The notes beneath the pieces are model-generated. The model was not told where the DNA came from, did not search any database, and worked only from the letters and a program-made list of their open reading frames with translations. A stretch of 63,908 nucleotides of DNA, filler included, from Sandaracinaceae bacterium (GTDB lineage Bacteria > Myxococcota_A > Polyangia > Polyangiales > JADJQN01), in assembly GCA_947483975.1 (NCBI GenBank). It is 3 parts of 3 records of this genome, joined end to end, with 100 filler letters (N's around TTAATTAATTAA, not from the genome) between each part and the next. Parts side by side here need not be neighbours in the genome. Positions count along the whole stretch, not along the records: positions 1 to 23,464 come from CANKOL010000041.1; 2 more parts are not named here. One strand, written 5' to 3'. Positions 1 through 9,151 of this stretch are shown here, in pieces. The translations under genes were made by a program, and so were the position numbers. Position 1 is the stretch's first letter. Every line of letters begins with the position of its first letter.

Positions 1-262
1 CAGAGCCCGCGCTCGACGAGCTCTTCGGGGATCAGCTTCGAGGGCGCGCCCGTCGAGGTGATCCACAGCTGATGCGCGGCGCGCGTCGCGGCGATGTGCA
101 GCAGATGCCGCGCCTCGTCGTCGGCGGGGTACGAGGCGGGGCTTGCCCGCGAGCGGCCCGAGGACGTGCATCGCGAAGTCGATGATCTCCTTGGTCGAGC
201 GGTAGCTGACCTCGAGCGGCTCGACGTCCGTCGACTGCAGGCCGAGGTCGTCGAGCATACCG
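1..262 (-). pseudogene. Duplicated, internally deleted copy of the 3' end of the HelD-like helicase gene
   Basis: 1-139 is identical to 3847-3985; 142-262 matches 4296-4416 with about 5 substitutions; net 308 bp missing between the blocks; the copy runs into the stop codon at the window edge. Confidence 0.93.
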
Positions 263-384
263 TCGTGCCCGCTAACCTCGAGGACGAGGCTGCGCCTCGC
301 CGTTTCGCTGCAGTACCACGCGCGCGGATGCATGCTCGAAGCGCCAGGCGGGGCTTCGGTCGCTGGGGCGCGCGCGCGTGAGCA

Positions 385-735
385 TCACGGCGCAGGCTTG
401 CAATAGGTCGCGAGGCCCGGGCCGGCCACGCACTCCGAGAGGAGCGGGCACCGGGTGTACTCCGGCGCCGGATCGCAGAAGATCTCGCAGTACGACTCGT
501 GGCACGAGGCCGGCCACCCCAGGAGGTCTACCGGCTCGAGCCCGTGGCAGTCGAGGTCGGCCGCGCACGGCGCCGTGCAGCGGCCCGCGACGCAGCTGAG
601 TCTTGACTCGCACTCATTCTCTCCGTCGCACGGCTCCGTCAACAACCGCGGCCGCGGCTCGGGCGCGCAGCCAGCGAGCGCGAGCGCCGAAGAGATGCTG
701 GCCATCACCATCCACGCCGAGATGAAGCTACGCAT
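385..735 (-). CDS. Small Cys-rich lipoprotein
   Basis: MRSFISAW...ALALAGC lipobox; repeated C-x-x-x-x-(D/E)C motifs; AGGAGG RBS just upstream of ATG 735. Confidence 0.7.
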   Translation of the reverse strand: MRSFISAWMVMASISSALALAGCAPEPRPRLLTEPCDGENECESRLSCVAGRCTAPCAADLDCHGLEPVDLLGWPASCHESYCEIFCDPAPEYTRCPLLSECVAGPGLATYCKPAP

Positions 736-775
736 TTCGTCCTCCTGCCGAGTGGATCGGAACCTCTGACGAGCG

Positions 776-1255
776 CTACGGCTCAGGCAAACACCAGTGG
801 TCGCCCCCGTACAGCACGCACTCTTGGGCCAGCGCGCACTGACCAGGTAGCGCAGGATCACAGCGTACGACGCAGACGCCGCCCGTGGGTACGGCGATCG
901 GCAGACAGCTCGCTGTCTGTGGGCCGACCGGCGGGCAATCGCCGTCGACGGTGCACGGCGGCGAGCAACTCGCCCCTGTACGCGTCACGCCGAAGACGTC
1001 GCGCAGCGTGATGTTGACGCACGACTCCCCGACTCCGCAGAGATCCGCCCACGACGGACAGACCTCGTAGGTTGGAAGGTGACCAGCGTCGTTCGTTCCG
1101 AGGTCGGAGGCGGCGAAGTCGCGCAGCATCGCATCGTCGAGTCCGGCGTCGTCAGCGACAGCTCCGTCGAACCTCGGCCTCGGACTCACGCTCGCGGGAC
1201 AGCCTGGCAGCGCCAGTGCCAGCGTGAGCGCGAGTTGCATTCTCGACACTCTCAT
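776..1255 (-). CDS. Cys-rich lipoprotein
   Basis: MQLALTLALALPGC lipobox, D-rich DAG/DLG linker, C-terminal Cys-rich repeats. Confidence 0.7.
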   Translation of the reverse strand: MRVSRMQLALTLALALPGCPASVSPRPRFDGAVADDAGLDDAMLRDFAASDLGTNDAGHLPTYEVCPSWADLCGVGESCVNITLRDVFGVTRTGASCSPPCTVDGDCPPVGPQTASCLPIAVPTGGVCVVRCDPALPGQCALAQECVLYGGDHWCLPEP

Positions 1256-1326
1256 ACAGTGGGCTAACCACGCCTTTGTTGATGCCGACGTTGAGCGCCA
1301 GCCTCTCGAACAGGCATCCACGGTAG

Positions 1327-1881
1327 TCACCGTGTCCCCACTAGGTGCTCTTCGCATATGCTACCCGGCGTGATGAGGGTCCAAGTTCCTTCAAAGCGAA
1401 TCGCGCTCACGAAGCGATACGAAATCTCCGTACTCACTCCTCTGGGTGCCCCCCAGCATGGCGAGGTCCAGCGAGCAAACGACGTGCATTCGGGCGCAGT
1501 CGGCAAGCTCGTCTCGCAGTTCTCTGGGTTACAGCCTGCTTGAGAGCAGACGCCATCCACGAGCACCTGCATGCCGCTGTTTGATAGTTCGATGATCCCA
1601 TTCGTGCCCAGGCAGGAGTGGCTGTACGTCGCGTACCATGCGCCAGCGAGTCTGCTAGGGCATTCAAGCACCATCATGTCGCGCGATGCGTCGCCCGAAT
1701 CTCCTTGGCCTGCGTCAGAGGAGGAGTCGTATGCGTCTGCGTCGACGACGTCGGCATCCTCGGAACCGTCGATTCGAACGCCGAGCGAGTGGCTGCGATA
1801 GCAACCGCTGCCGACCACCACGAGCACGCAGAGAGTCGCGGCGTGAGCGCGTGACACAGTAGCCATGAGAGTGCCGTTCAT
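1327..1881 (-). CDS. Secreted lipoprotein, unknown function
   Basis: Hydrophobic LCVLVVVGSGC lipobox, acidic linker, Cys-containing C-terminal domain. Confidence 0.65.
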   Translation of the reverse strand: MNGTLMATVSRAHAATLCVLVVVGSGCYRSHSLGVRIDGSEDADVVDADAYDSSSDAGQGDSGDASRDMMVLECPSRLAGAWYATYSHSCLGTNGIIELSNSGMQVLVDGVCSQAGCNPENCETSLPTAPECTSFARWTSPCWGAPRGVSTEISYRFVSAIRFEGTWTLITPGSICEEHLVGTR

Positions 1882-1970
1882 TGGACTGCGCTGAGGTGAA
1901 GAAGGTGATACCCGGTCCAGTTGGTCGAGCACGTATGGCCGGCCAACTGGATCGCCAAGAAGTACTCTGT

Positions 1971-3503
1971 CTAGGGGCTCCGCGTGTCGCCGAAGACGTA
2001 CGGGTCGCCCGGCAGTGGCGGATCGAAGAGGTCGATCATATAGCCGGTCTGTGGAGCAGTGGGAACTGGGGTCGGCCGCGCGCAAAGTCCGGCCGTCGCC
2101 AAACTCGGGTAGAGGACGGCGTCGGTCGTGTCCTCGGCGTGTACGATCTCAAGCGCATCTGGTCGAACATAGACCCGCTTGAAGATGGGTAGAATGCGAA
2201 ACGACGACGGCACGAGATTCTTGATCATCGGCGGGATCTGCGCTCGCACTTCGCCGAGAGCGAGGGCTTCGACCTGGGCTTCAGATGCGACGCCGAAGAG
2301 CTGGAGGAAGTAGCCTCCTGCGCTCATCTGGAAGTCGACGGTCGAGCTCGGTTCGACGACGGCGGTCAGATGGCTCGTCGCGTCTGTCTCGATGCGGACG
2401 TCGATGGTGACCGCGAGGGTGCCCACGTAACCGATGGGCGTGTATAGGTAGAAGGTGCCGTAGAGGTGGATCGCGTCGCCACCAGTCGAACGGATCATCG
2501 GGCGGAGCACGATTCGGCTCTGCGGCGTGAGGCTGATCGTGCCGAGACCCGGCACCGTCATGCTCTGAACGGCGGTAGTCAGCGCTGGGACGACGGCCTC
2601 GAGGACGTCGCGCCACGGCATGACGCTGGAACACTCTCCGCGGTCGTACTGGCGGACGATGCGCGTGCCGTTCCAGGGAACGGGTACACCGAGGGATGCT
2701 GCTAGCGCCGCGGGCGAGAAGCTGACGGTCTCCGTGCTGGTGCTCACGCGCGGGTAGTAGATGCGGACCACGTTGGAGCCACCGGGACCGAAGCCGATCG
2801 CAGTCGGAGTCTGGTCGAAGACGTCGATGAAGCTGTCCGCGTCGCCGCGGTAGCCGATCGACGAGGGCACGGAAGAGAAGTACTGCGTGGAGGTGGTGTC
2901 CGGCAGTGGCCGACGCGGGTCCGGCGCGCCGACGCCCACGAGCTCGCGGGGCGGGCACGGGCCACGGCGGCTGCTGAAGGGCGCGTAGTCCGATGTGCAG
3001 ATCGCCGCGGTGTTTCCCGTCGTGCACTCATCGCGGAACTTGGTTACGGAGCCGGCGGGATCGGCGCAGGCGGTCCAGCCTTCCTCGAGGCCATAGAGCG
3101 TGACGTAGCCGGCGCCGTCGGTGCGTGCGCGCACCAGCGCCCGGGCTCCGGTGCGCCCAACCCTCCAGTACGTGCTCGGGACGACCACGCTGGTGGACCA
3201 CGGATACCAGCTGGTGCCGAAGGCCGACGTGAAGCCGCTGCCGCTCGTCGCTGACGCGATGTTCGCGAACACGCCCGTCGCCGGGTTCTGCGCCTCGACG
3301 CGAATGATCGTGGCAGCTGCGTTGTGGTAGCCGTTGAACGGTATCGACGTCGTCCGCGTACCGATGCGCGCGCCGTCCGTCGGACTGCCGATGCATCCGG
3401 TCATCGCCGCAATCATCATCGCTGCGGCGCCGATGCTAGCGGCCGTTAGAAACGAGAAACGAGAAACGAGAAACGAGAAACGAGAAACGAGAAACGATCT
3501 CAT
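1971..3503 (-). CDS. Secreted lipoprotein (510 aa), unknown function, with heptamer repeat in its signal peptide
   Basis: Long ORF with globular composition; AAAMMIAAMTGC lipobox. Confidence 0.75.
   Translation of the reverse strand: MRSFLVSRFSFLVSRFSFLTAASIGAAAMMIAAMTGCIGSPTDGARIGTRTTSIPFNGYHNAAATIIRVEAQNPATGVFANIASATSGSGFTSAFGTSWYPWSTSVVVPSTYWRVGRTGARALVRARTDGAGYVTLYGLEEGWTACADPAGSVTKFRDECTTGNTAAICTSDYAPFSSRRGPCPPRELVGVGAPDPRRPLPDTTSTQYFSSVPSSIGYRGDADSFIDVFDQTPTAIGFGPGGSNVVRIYYPRVSTSTETVSFSPAALAASLGVPVPWNGTRIVRQYDRGECSSVMPWRDVLEAVVPALTTAVQSMTVPGLGTISLTPQSRIVLRPMIRSTGGDAIHLYGTFYLYTPIGYVGTLAVTIDVRIETDATSHLTAVVEPSSTVDFQMSAGGYFLQLFGVASEAQVEALALGEVRAQIPPMIKNLVPSSFRILPIFKRVYVRPDALEIVHAEDTTDAVLYPSLATAGLCARPTPVPTAPQTGYMIDLFDPPLPGDPYVFGDTRSP
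3448..3496. repeat. Perfect heptamer tandem repeat (AGAAACG)x7
   Basis: Counted directly: 7 copies, 49 bp, within the first codons of ORF 1971-3503. Confidence 0.95.
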
Positions 3504-3845
3504 GCGTGCCCCAATTGGCCGACCTGGCCCATCACGAGTGGTACAACATTGCGAACCACCGTACAGATTGGAACTGTCTTCGTCAAGCGCCGTTCGGAGG
3601 TCGGTGGTCGACGCTCTTGTGGTTCGGCGCCTCCCGCTCAGTGCGCGAGCAGGGCTACGTCGCGAACGTGAAGCGAGCCCGGGAAGATGTCGGCGAGCAG
3701 CGCCGCGAGCCGTGGCGACAAGTTCTTATCGAAGAGCAGCTTCGCGCCGCCGGGACCAGGAACAACCGGCGCTCGCGGTCGGCGGCGAAGGCGAGGCGCG
3801 CGCGCAGGTCGTTCCGTGTCAGATCCTCGACGCGCACGCAGCTCT

Positions 3846-6362
3846 TCAGAGCCCGCGCTCGACGAGCTCTTCGGGGATCAGCTTCGAGGGCGCGCCCGTC
3901 GAGGTGATCCACAGCTGATGCGCGGCGCGCGTCGCGGCGATGTGCAGCAGATGCCGCGCCTCGTCGTCGGCGGGGTACGAGGCGGCGCTGACCTCGATCA
4001 GCACGACGTAGTCGAACTCGAGGCCCTTCACTTGGCGCACGTCGGTGACGTCGATGCCCGCCTTGAACGGGAAGTCTTGGTCGGCGATGCGGCGCAGGTT
4101 CGGGACCTCCGCGTTCGCGAGCCCGCGGTAGTAGATGTCGGCCTGCTCGGGGTAGCGCGCGACGATGGCGATCGACGCGAGCGGCTCGGCGCGGACGAGA
4201 TCGCGGAGCGCCTCACCGAGGAAGCCGACCGCGTCGCCGGAGTGCGCAAACCTGAACAGCTCGATCGGCGCGCCCTCGCGCGTCGCCTTGCCGGGCTTGC
4301 CCGCGAGCGGCCCGAGGACGTGCGTCGCGAACTCGATGATCTCCTTGGTCGAGCGGTAGCTGACCTCGAGCGGCTCGACGTCGGTCGACTGCAGGCCGAG
4401 GTCGTCGAGCACGCCGCGCCAGTTCGTGAAGCCGTTGTCCATGTGCAGGCGCTGCGCGACGTCGCCGGCGAGCGTGACGCTCTTCTGCGCGGAGACGGTG
4501 TCGAGCACGACGGACATCTCGACGGGCGAGAGGTCCTGCGCCTCGTCGATCAGGACGTGCTCGTACTGCAGCGCTTCCTTACCGCCGCCGCGCGCGGACC
4601 TGCGCGCCGCGCCTGAGCCGCCCTGCGCGCCGGGCTTCCGGAGCGGGCCGCGCATGCGCTGCCAGAGGCGGAGCAGGAGCGTGTCGTCCTCGTGATCGAG
4701 GGTCGCGCGCGCCTCCTCCTCCTCGTCGCGCCCGTCGATGCCCGTGCGGCGCTCGCGCTCCTCGTCGGGGTCGACCTCGGCCGCCTCCTCCTCCTCGAGC
4801 GACTTGCGGGAGTCGCGCTCTTCCTTCTTTTCTTCGGTGATCCCGGCGCGCGCCTCCATCTCGTTGACGGCGGAGCCGATGCGCATCGCGCACCACTTGT
4901 GCGCCTCGTCGAGGTCCTCGGCCGAGAGCGCGCCCGCGCCGTGCGCCGCGAAGATGGCGCCGAGGGTCGTGCGATCGGTCGTGATGTCGGCGAACGCCGT
5001 GAACACATCGCGCGCGAACTCGCGCATCGACGAGCTCGCGCGGTCGACCGCGTGCCGCACGGGGAGCGGCGGCGCCTTGCTGCCAGCCTCGTCGCCGTTG
5101 GCCCAGAGCGACAGCAGCTCGACGCGCACGGCGAGCGGCTTCTTCGCGCCCTTGCGCCAGCGGCTGAGCGCCTCGTCGCTGCCCGCCGTGCCCGCGAGGG
5201 ACGCGCGCAGCTTCTCCTCGGCGCGGTCCCCGAGCGTGGCGACGTAAGCGTCGATCGCGCGCAGCATCGCCGGGTGCTTCTTCATGCGGACGACGACCGT
5301 CGGCGTCTCGTCGCTGTACTTCCGCGGGACGCGCGGCAGGTGCACGTGCCGGAGCTTCTGCACCCAGGCGTCGTAGGTGACGACGGGCACGCCCTCGACG
5401 CCGAGCGCCGGGAGGACCTTCGAGATGTAGCGAGCGAGCGCCGTGTTGAAGACGACGATCAGCATCTTGTCGACCTTGAAGCGCTTCGGGTCCTCGTAGG
5501 CGAGGTACGCGAGGCGGTGCAGGCCGATGGTCGTCTTGCCGGAGCCCGCGCCGCCTTGGATGACGACGAGGCCGGAGGACGCCTTCGTGATCAGCTCGAA
5601 CTGCCGCGGATCGATCAGCGACGCGATCTCGGGGAGGAACTTGTCCGCGCGCCCGTCGCCGTCGCGCCCGATGCCGAGCTTGCCGGGGCGGTGATAATGG
5701 TCGGGGCGATCGGCCGCGCCGGCGCCGCCGCTGAGCCGCGTGCTCGCGCCCGCGCGCTCCCACTTCTCGCGGCGCTTGAGGAACGTGCCCTGCGGCGAGA
5801 CGATCCGGCGGAGTGAGCCCTCGATGATCGCGAGGCTGCGGCGCGTCAGCACGTTGCCGTGCACCTCTTTGCCGCCGAAATTCTCCTCGTAGTCGTCGCC
5901 CTCGTCGTAGCGATAGAAGAGCCGGCTGACCGGCGCGTCGCGCCAGTCGACGATGCGGATGCCGGTGCGCCCGTCGAGGTACGTGGCCTTGCCGATCAGC
6001 ACCTCGCGCTTGCGGTTCCCCTCCTCGAGGACCATCCGGCCGAAGTACGGCGAGAGCGGGTCGGCGGGCGCGGTCGAGACTTGCGCGCGGCGGTTCGCGA
6101 TCTGCTGCAGGCGCTCCATCTCCTGGATCAGCGGCGGCACATCCTCCATGCGCGCCTCGGAGATCTGGTCGCGGAGCGCGAGCAGGTCCGCGTCGTAGTC
6201 CGTGCCGCCGTTGGACGGCGCGATGCTCTGCGCGGCGAGGTTCTTCTGCACGCGGAGGAGGACACGCTCCTCGTCGGCGGGGATGGCTGTGAGCTCTTCG
6301 TCGTGCGCAGCGTCGGTCGCGGGGGGCTTCGGCGGACTGAGATCGCGCAGGTCTGGCTTCAT
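3846..6362 (-). CDS. helD: HelD-like UvrD/Rep superfamily 1 helicase (RNA polymerase recycling ATPase family)
   Basis: Walker A GGAGSGKTTIGLHRLAYL, IVDWRDAPVSRLFY, DEAQD, GDVAQR, SYRS, KGLEFD, AATRA. Confidence 0.8.
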   Translation of the reverse strand: MKPDLRDLSPPKPPATDAAHDEELTAIPADEERVLLRVQKNLAAQSIAPSNGGTDYDADLLALRDQISEARMEDVPPLIQEMERLQQIANRRAQVSTAPADPLSPYFGRMVLEEGNRKREVLIGKATYLDGRTGIRIVDWRDAPVSRLFYRYDEGDDYEENFGGKEVHGNVLTRRSLAIIEGSLRRIVSPQGTFLKRREKWERAGASTRLSGGAGAADRPDHYHRPGKLGIGRDGDGRADKFLPEIASLIDPRQFELITKASSGLVVIQGGAGSGKTTIGLHRLAYLAYEDPKRFKVDKMLIVVFNTALARYISKVLPALGVEGVPVVTYDAWVQKLRHVHLPRVPRKYSDETPTVVVRMKKHPAMLRAIDAYVATLGDRAEEKLRASLAGTAGSDEALSRWRKGAKKPLAVRVELLSLWANGDEAGSKAPPLPVRHAVDRASSSMREFARDVFTAFADITTDRTTLGAIFAAHGAGALSAEDLDEAHKWCAMRIGSAVNEMEARAGITEEKKEERDSRKSLEEEEAAEVDPDEERERRTGIDGRDEEEEARATLDHEDDTLLLRLWQRMRGPLRKPGAQGGSGAARRSARGGGKEALQYEHVLIDEAQDLSPVEMSVVLDTVSAQKSVTLAGDVAQRLHMDNGFTNWRGVLDDLGLQSTDVEPLEVSYRSTKEIIEFATHVLGPLAGKPGKATREGAPIELFRFAHSGDAVGFLGEALRDLVRAEPLASIAIVARYPEQADIYYRGLANAEVPNLRRIADQDFPFKAGIDVTDVRQVKGLEFDYVVLIEVSAASYPADDEARHLLHIAATRAAHQLWITSTGAPSKLIPEELVERGL

Positions 6363-6462
6363 GGGGGGGGAAGGGTTAGCAGCCTTTGATCGGCGCGGCC
6401 AGGCTTGGGGAAAGCGCCCGCGAGGCGCCCACTGCGCGCGGAGAGCGGGTAGACTCGCGGCC

Positions 6463-7368
6463 ATGCGCCTCCTCTTCACGCTCGTCCTCGCCGGTGCGCT
6501 CGCGGCCTGTGGTGGAACCGACAGCGGCCCGCCGCCGCTCCGTGACCTCGGCCCGCGCGCGGACTCGGGGCCGAGCGATCTCGGCGCGCCGGTCGACGCG
6601 AACGGCTGGGACCTCGGCCCGCAGCCCGACCTCGGCCCCGCGCCGGATCTCGGCACCCTCGACGACGCTGGGCAGCCCGACGATGGCGCCGTCAGCATGG
6701 ACGCGGACGTCGCGGACGCGTCGAGCGACCTCGGCCTCGTGTCGATGCCGTGCACGGCGACGGGCGCCTGCGACCCGTTCGTCACGGACTCGTGCGGCGC
6801 CGGCTTCAGCTGCCGCCCGAACGCGACCGGCATGACCGAGTGCCTCGCCATCGCCGTGGACGCCAAGGTCGAGGGCGCGACCTGCGTCAGCGGCGGCGAC
6901 TGTCAGCCGGGGCTGCTCTGCCTCAACTTCGGCGGCGGCTTCACCTGCAACAAGATGTGCCCGCAGGGCTCGCTCGGCTTCTGCGGCGGTGAGGACCGCT
7001 GCTTCGGCACGATCGGCGACGCGTGCGTGCAGGTCTGCCGCCCGCGCCCCGAGCCCTGCGACATCTACCTGCAGAACTGCCCGCTCCCCGGCGACGCCTG
7101 CTCCCTCGCGACCGACCCCGAGACGCGCGCGCCCTACACCGGCTGCCGCCTCGCCGGCACCGTCGCGCACGGCGACCTCTGTGGCGGCACGGCGGGCGCC
7201 TGCGCGGCTGGGCTGATTTGCATCCGTGAGACCGTCGACGGCGGCTCCGTCTCGACGTGCAAGCAGGTGTGCGGGCCCGACGCCGGCGCACCGATGTGCA
7301 CGTTCGGCGGCGAGGCGTGCACGGGCTTCGCGCGCACCTGGGGCGTCGGCTACTGCCGCACGCCCTGA
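6463..7368 (+). CDS. Cys-rich lipoprotein with DLG-repeat linker
   Basis: MRLLFTLVLAGALAAC lipobox; DLGP repeats; Cys-rich repeats. Confidence 0.8.
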   Translation: MRLLFTLVLAGALAACGGTDSGPPPLRDLGPRADSGPSDLGAPVDANGWDLGPQPDLGPAPDLGTLDDAGQPDDGAVSMDADVADASSDLGLVSMPCTATGACDPFVTDSCGAGFSCRPNATGMTECLAIAVDAKVEGATCVSGGDCQPGLLCLNFGGGFTCNKMCPQGSLGFCGGEDRCFGTIGDACVQVCRPRPEPCDIYLQNCPLPGDACSLATDPETRAPYTGCRLAGTVAHGDLCGGTAGACAAGLICIRETVDGGSVSTCKQVCGPDAGAPMCTFGGEACTGFARTWGVGYCRTP

Positions 7369-7427
7369 CGACGCGCGCGCTGCGCGACGGCCCGCCCATC
7401 GCGACTGCCGCGTGTTACCGTTCGGCC

Positions 7428-9146
7428 ATGCGCGTAGAGCACGGTCCGTCTTTCCTCCGCCTTCCTTCTCTGTCGCTCGCTGTCTTGCCGCTCGTCTGTC
7501 TGCTCGCGCTCTCGGCGTGTGCGACGGGCGAGAGCACGCCGGACGGGGGGCGCCGCGACGGCAGCGTGCTCGCCGACGGGCAGGTCTTGCCGGACGGCAG
7601 CGGCCCGCGACCGCGCTGCGGCACGGTCGGCGGAGGCTGCTGCACCGGGCGCACCTGCGAGCTTGGGCTGAGCTGTGGGCGCGGCGATCAGTGCTGCGCG
7701 ATCCCCGGCGGCGCGCGCTGCAGCGCGGCGAGCGACTGCTGCGTCGGCTACGCCTGCACGGCGGGCGAGTGCGTCGCGCCCGCGGGCTCCGGCTGTCATG
7801 GCTCGAGCGACTGCGCGCACGGCCTCGTCTGCGACGCCGGGCGCTGCGTGTCGCCGCCGACGGATCCGGGCACCGGGATGCCCGCTTGCGGCAGCGTCGG
7901 CGGGACGTGCTGTGCGGGCTTCACCTGCAGCGCGGGCAGCGTGTGCTCGACCGGCACCTGCGCGTCGTGCGGCGACACCGGGCAGCCCTGCTGCGACGGC
8001 GCGACCGGCTGCACTGGCTCCCTCGCGTGCATGGGCGGTAGCTGCGTGGCGCCGACGGCTTGCGGCGACGACGGTCAGCCCTGCTGCGCGCCCGGCGCGA
8101 CCTGCTCGGGCGGGCTCGAGTGCACCGGCGGCACCTGCGGCAGCGTCGCGACGGCCGGCGGGATGGGCGAGCCCTGTCGCCCGCGCAACGTCTGCGACGA
8201 GGGCTTCGTCTGCGACCCGATGATGCGTCAGTGCGTGACCGTCCCGGACACCTGCGGCACCGACGGACAGATGTGCTGCCCGCCCGCGACGGCCGGCACC
8301 TGCTCCGGCGCGCTCTCCTGCGAGAGCGGGGCGTGCTCGACCTGCAAGGGGCCGAGCATCTCCTGCCTGCTCGGCGGGCTCCCCGGCCAAGAGTGCTGCG
8401 CCGGCGCGGTCTGCCGCCCCGCGCCGTTCATCCCGCGCTGCTGTCAGGGCGAGGGCAACCCCTGCACGAACTCGCTCGACTGCTGCGGCTTCATGTCGTG
8501 CACCGACGGGATGTGCACCGCTTCGACCGAGGGCACGTTCTGCATCGACTCGTCGGAGTGCGCGGACGGGCTCGTCTGCGACAGCTTCCAGTGCACGCCC
8601 GGGATGTCGATGTGCGTCGACCCCGGCACGGCGTGCGGCGCGATGGGCGCGGCGGCGTGCTGCGGCGGGCTCTCTTGCCGCGAGATCACGCAGGGCACCG
8701 ACCCGCTCTGCTGCGCCGAGAAGGAAGGCTCCTGCCAGACCTCGACGGACTGCTGCGGCAAGATGCTCTGCACGGACGGCGCGTGCGCCTGCCAGACCGA
8801 GATCCAGACCTGCACCGAGGACGGCGACTGCTGCGACGGGCTGATCTGCGTCGTCGGCTCGTGCACCGTCGACGACGGCTGTCAGCGCGAGCGCACCGAC
8901 TGCATGACCGACAGCCAGTGCTGCGGCCTGCTCGTCTGCGGCCTGCAAGAGGACGGCAACCGCAACTGCTGCGCGAGCGACGCGCAGCCCTGCGTGACGA
9001 CCGAAGACTGCTGCGGCCTCATGCAATGCGTCGAGAGCTCGTGCTCGTGTCGGATGTCGGGCGACCCCTGCGCGGGGGACCGCGACTGCTGCGGCGCGAG
9101 CACGTGCGACAAGACGAGCGGCTCGCTGACAGGCACCTGTTCGTGA
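7428..9146 (+). CDS. Very Cys-rich repeat lipoprotein
   Basis: LLALSAC lipobox followed by many CG..G..CC and C....DCC....C repeats. Confidence 0.8.
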   Translation: MRVEHGPSFLRLPSLSLAVLPLVCLLALSACATGESTPDGGRRDGSVLADGQVLPDGSGPRPRCGTVGGGCCTGRTCELGLSCGRGDQCCAIPGGARCSAASDCCVGYACTAGECVAPAGSGCHGSSDCAHGLVCDAGRCVSPPTDPGTGMPACGSVGGTCCAGFTCSAGSVCSTGTCASCGDTGQPCCDGATGCTGSLACMGGSCVAPTACGDDGQPCCAPGATCSGGLECTGGTCGSVATAGGMGEPCRPRNVCDEGFVCDPMMRQCVTVPDTCGTDGQMCCPPATAGTCSGALSCESGACSTCKGPSISCLLGGLPGQECCAGAVCRPAPFIPRCCQGEGNPCTNSLDCCGFMSCTDGMCTASTEGTFCIDSSECADGLVCDSFQCTPGMSMCVDPGTACGAMGAAACCGGLSCREITQGTDPLCCAEKEGSCQTSTDCCGKMLCTDGACACQTEIQTCTEDGDCCDGLICVVGSCTVDDGCQRERTDCMTDSQCCGLLVCGLQEDGNRNCCASDAQPCVTTEDCCGLMQCVESSCSCRMSGDPCAGDRDCCGASTCDKTSGSLTGTCS

Positions 9147-9151
9147 GCCCG

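Noticed and set aside
1262..1297. attC-like GGCTAAC...GTTGAGC between cargo lipoprotein genes
   Set aside because: Only about 36 bp, shorter than attC sites, not repeated between the other cassettes, and no integron integrase seen
6363..6866. N-terminal extension of the helicase ORF to 1006 aa
   Set aside because: Overlaps the divergent lipoprotein gene at 6463; ATG 6362 is the more plausible start
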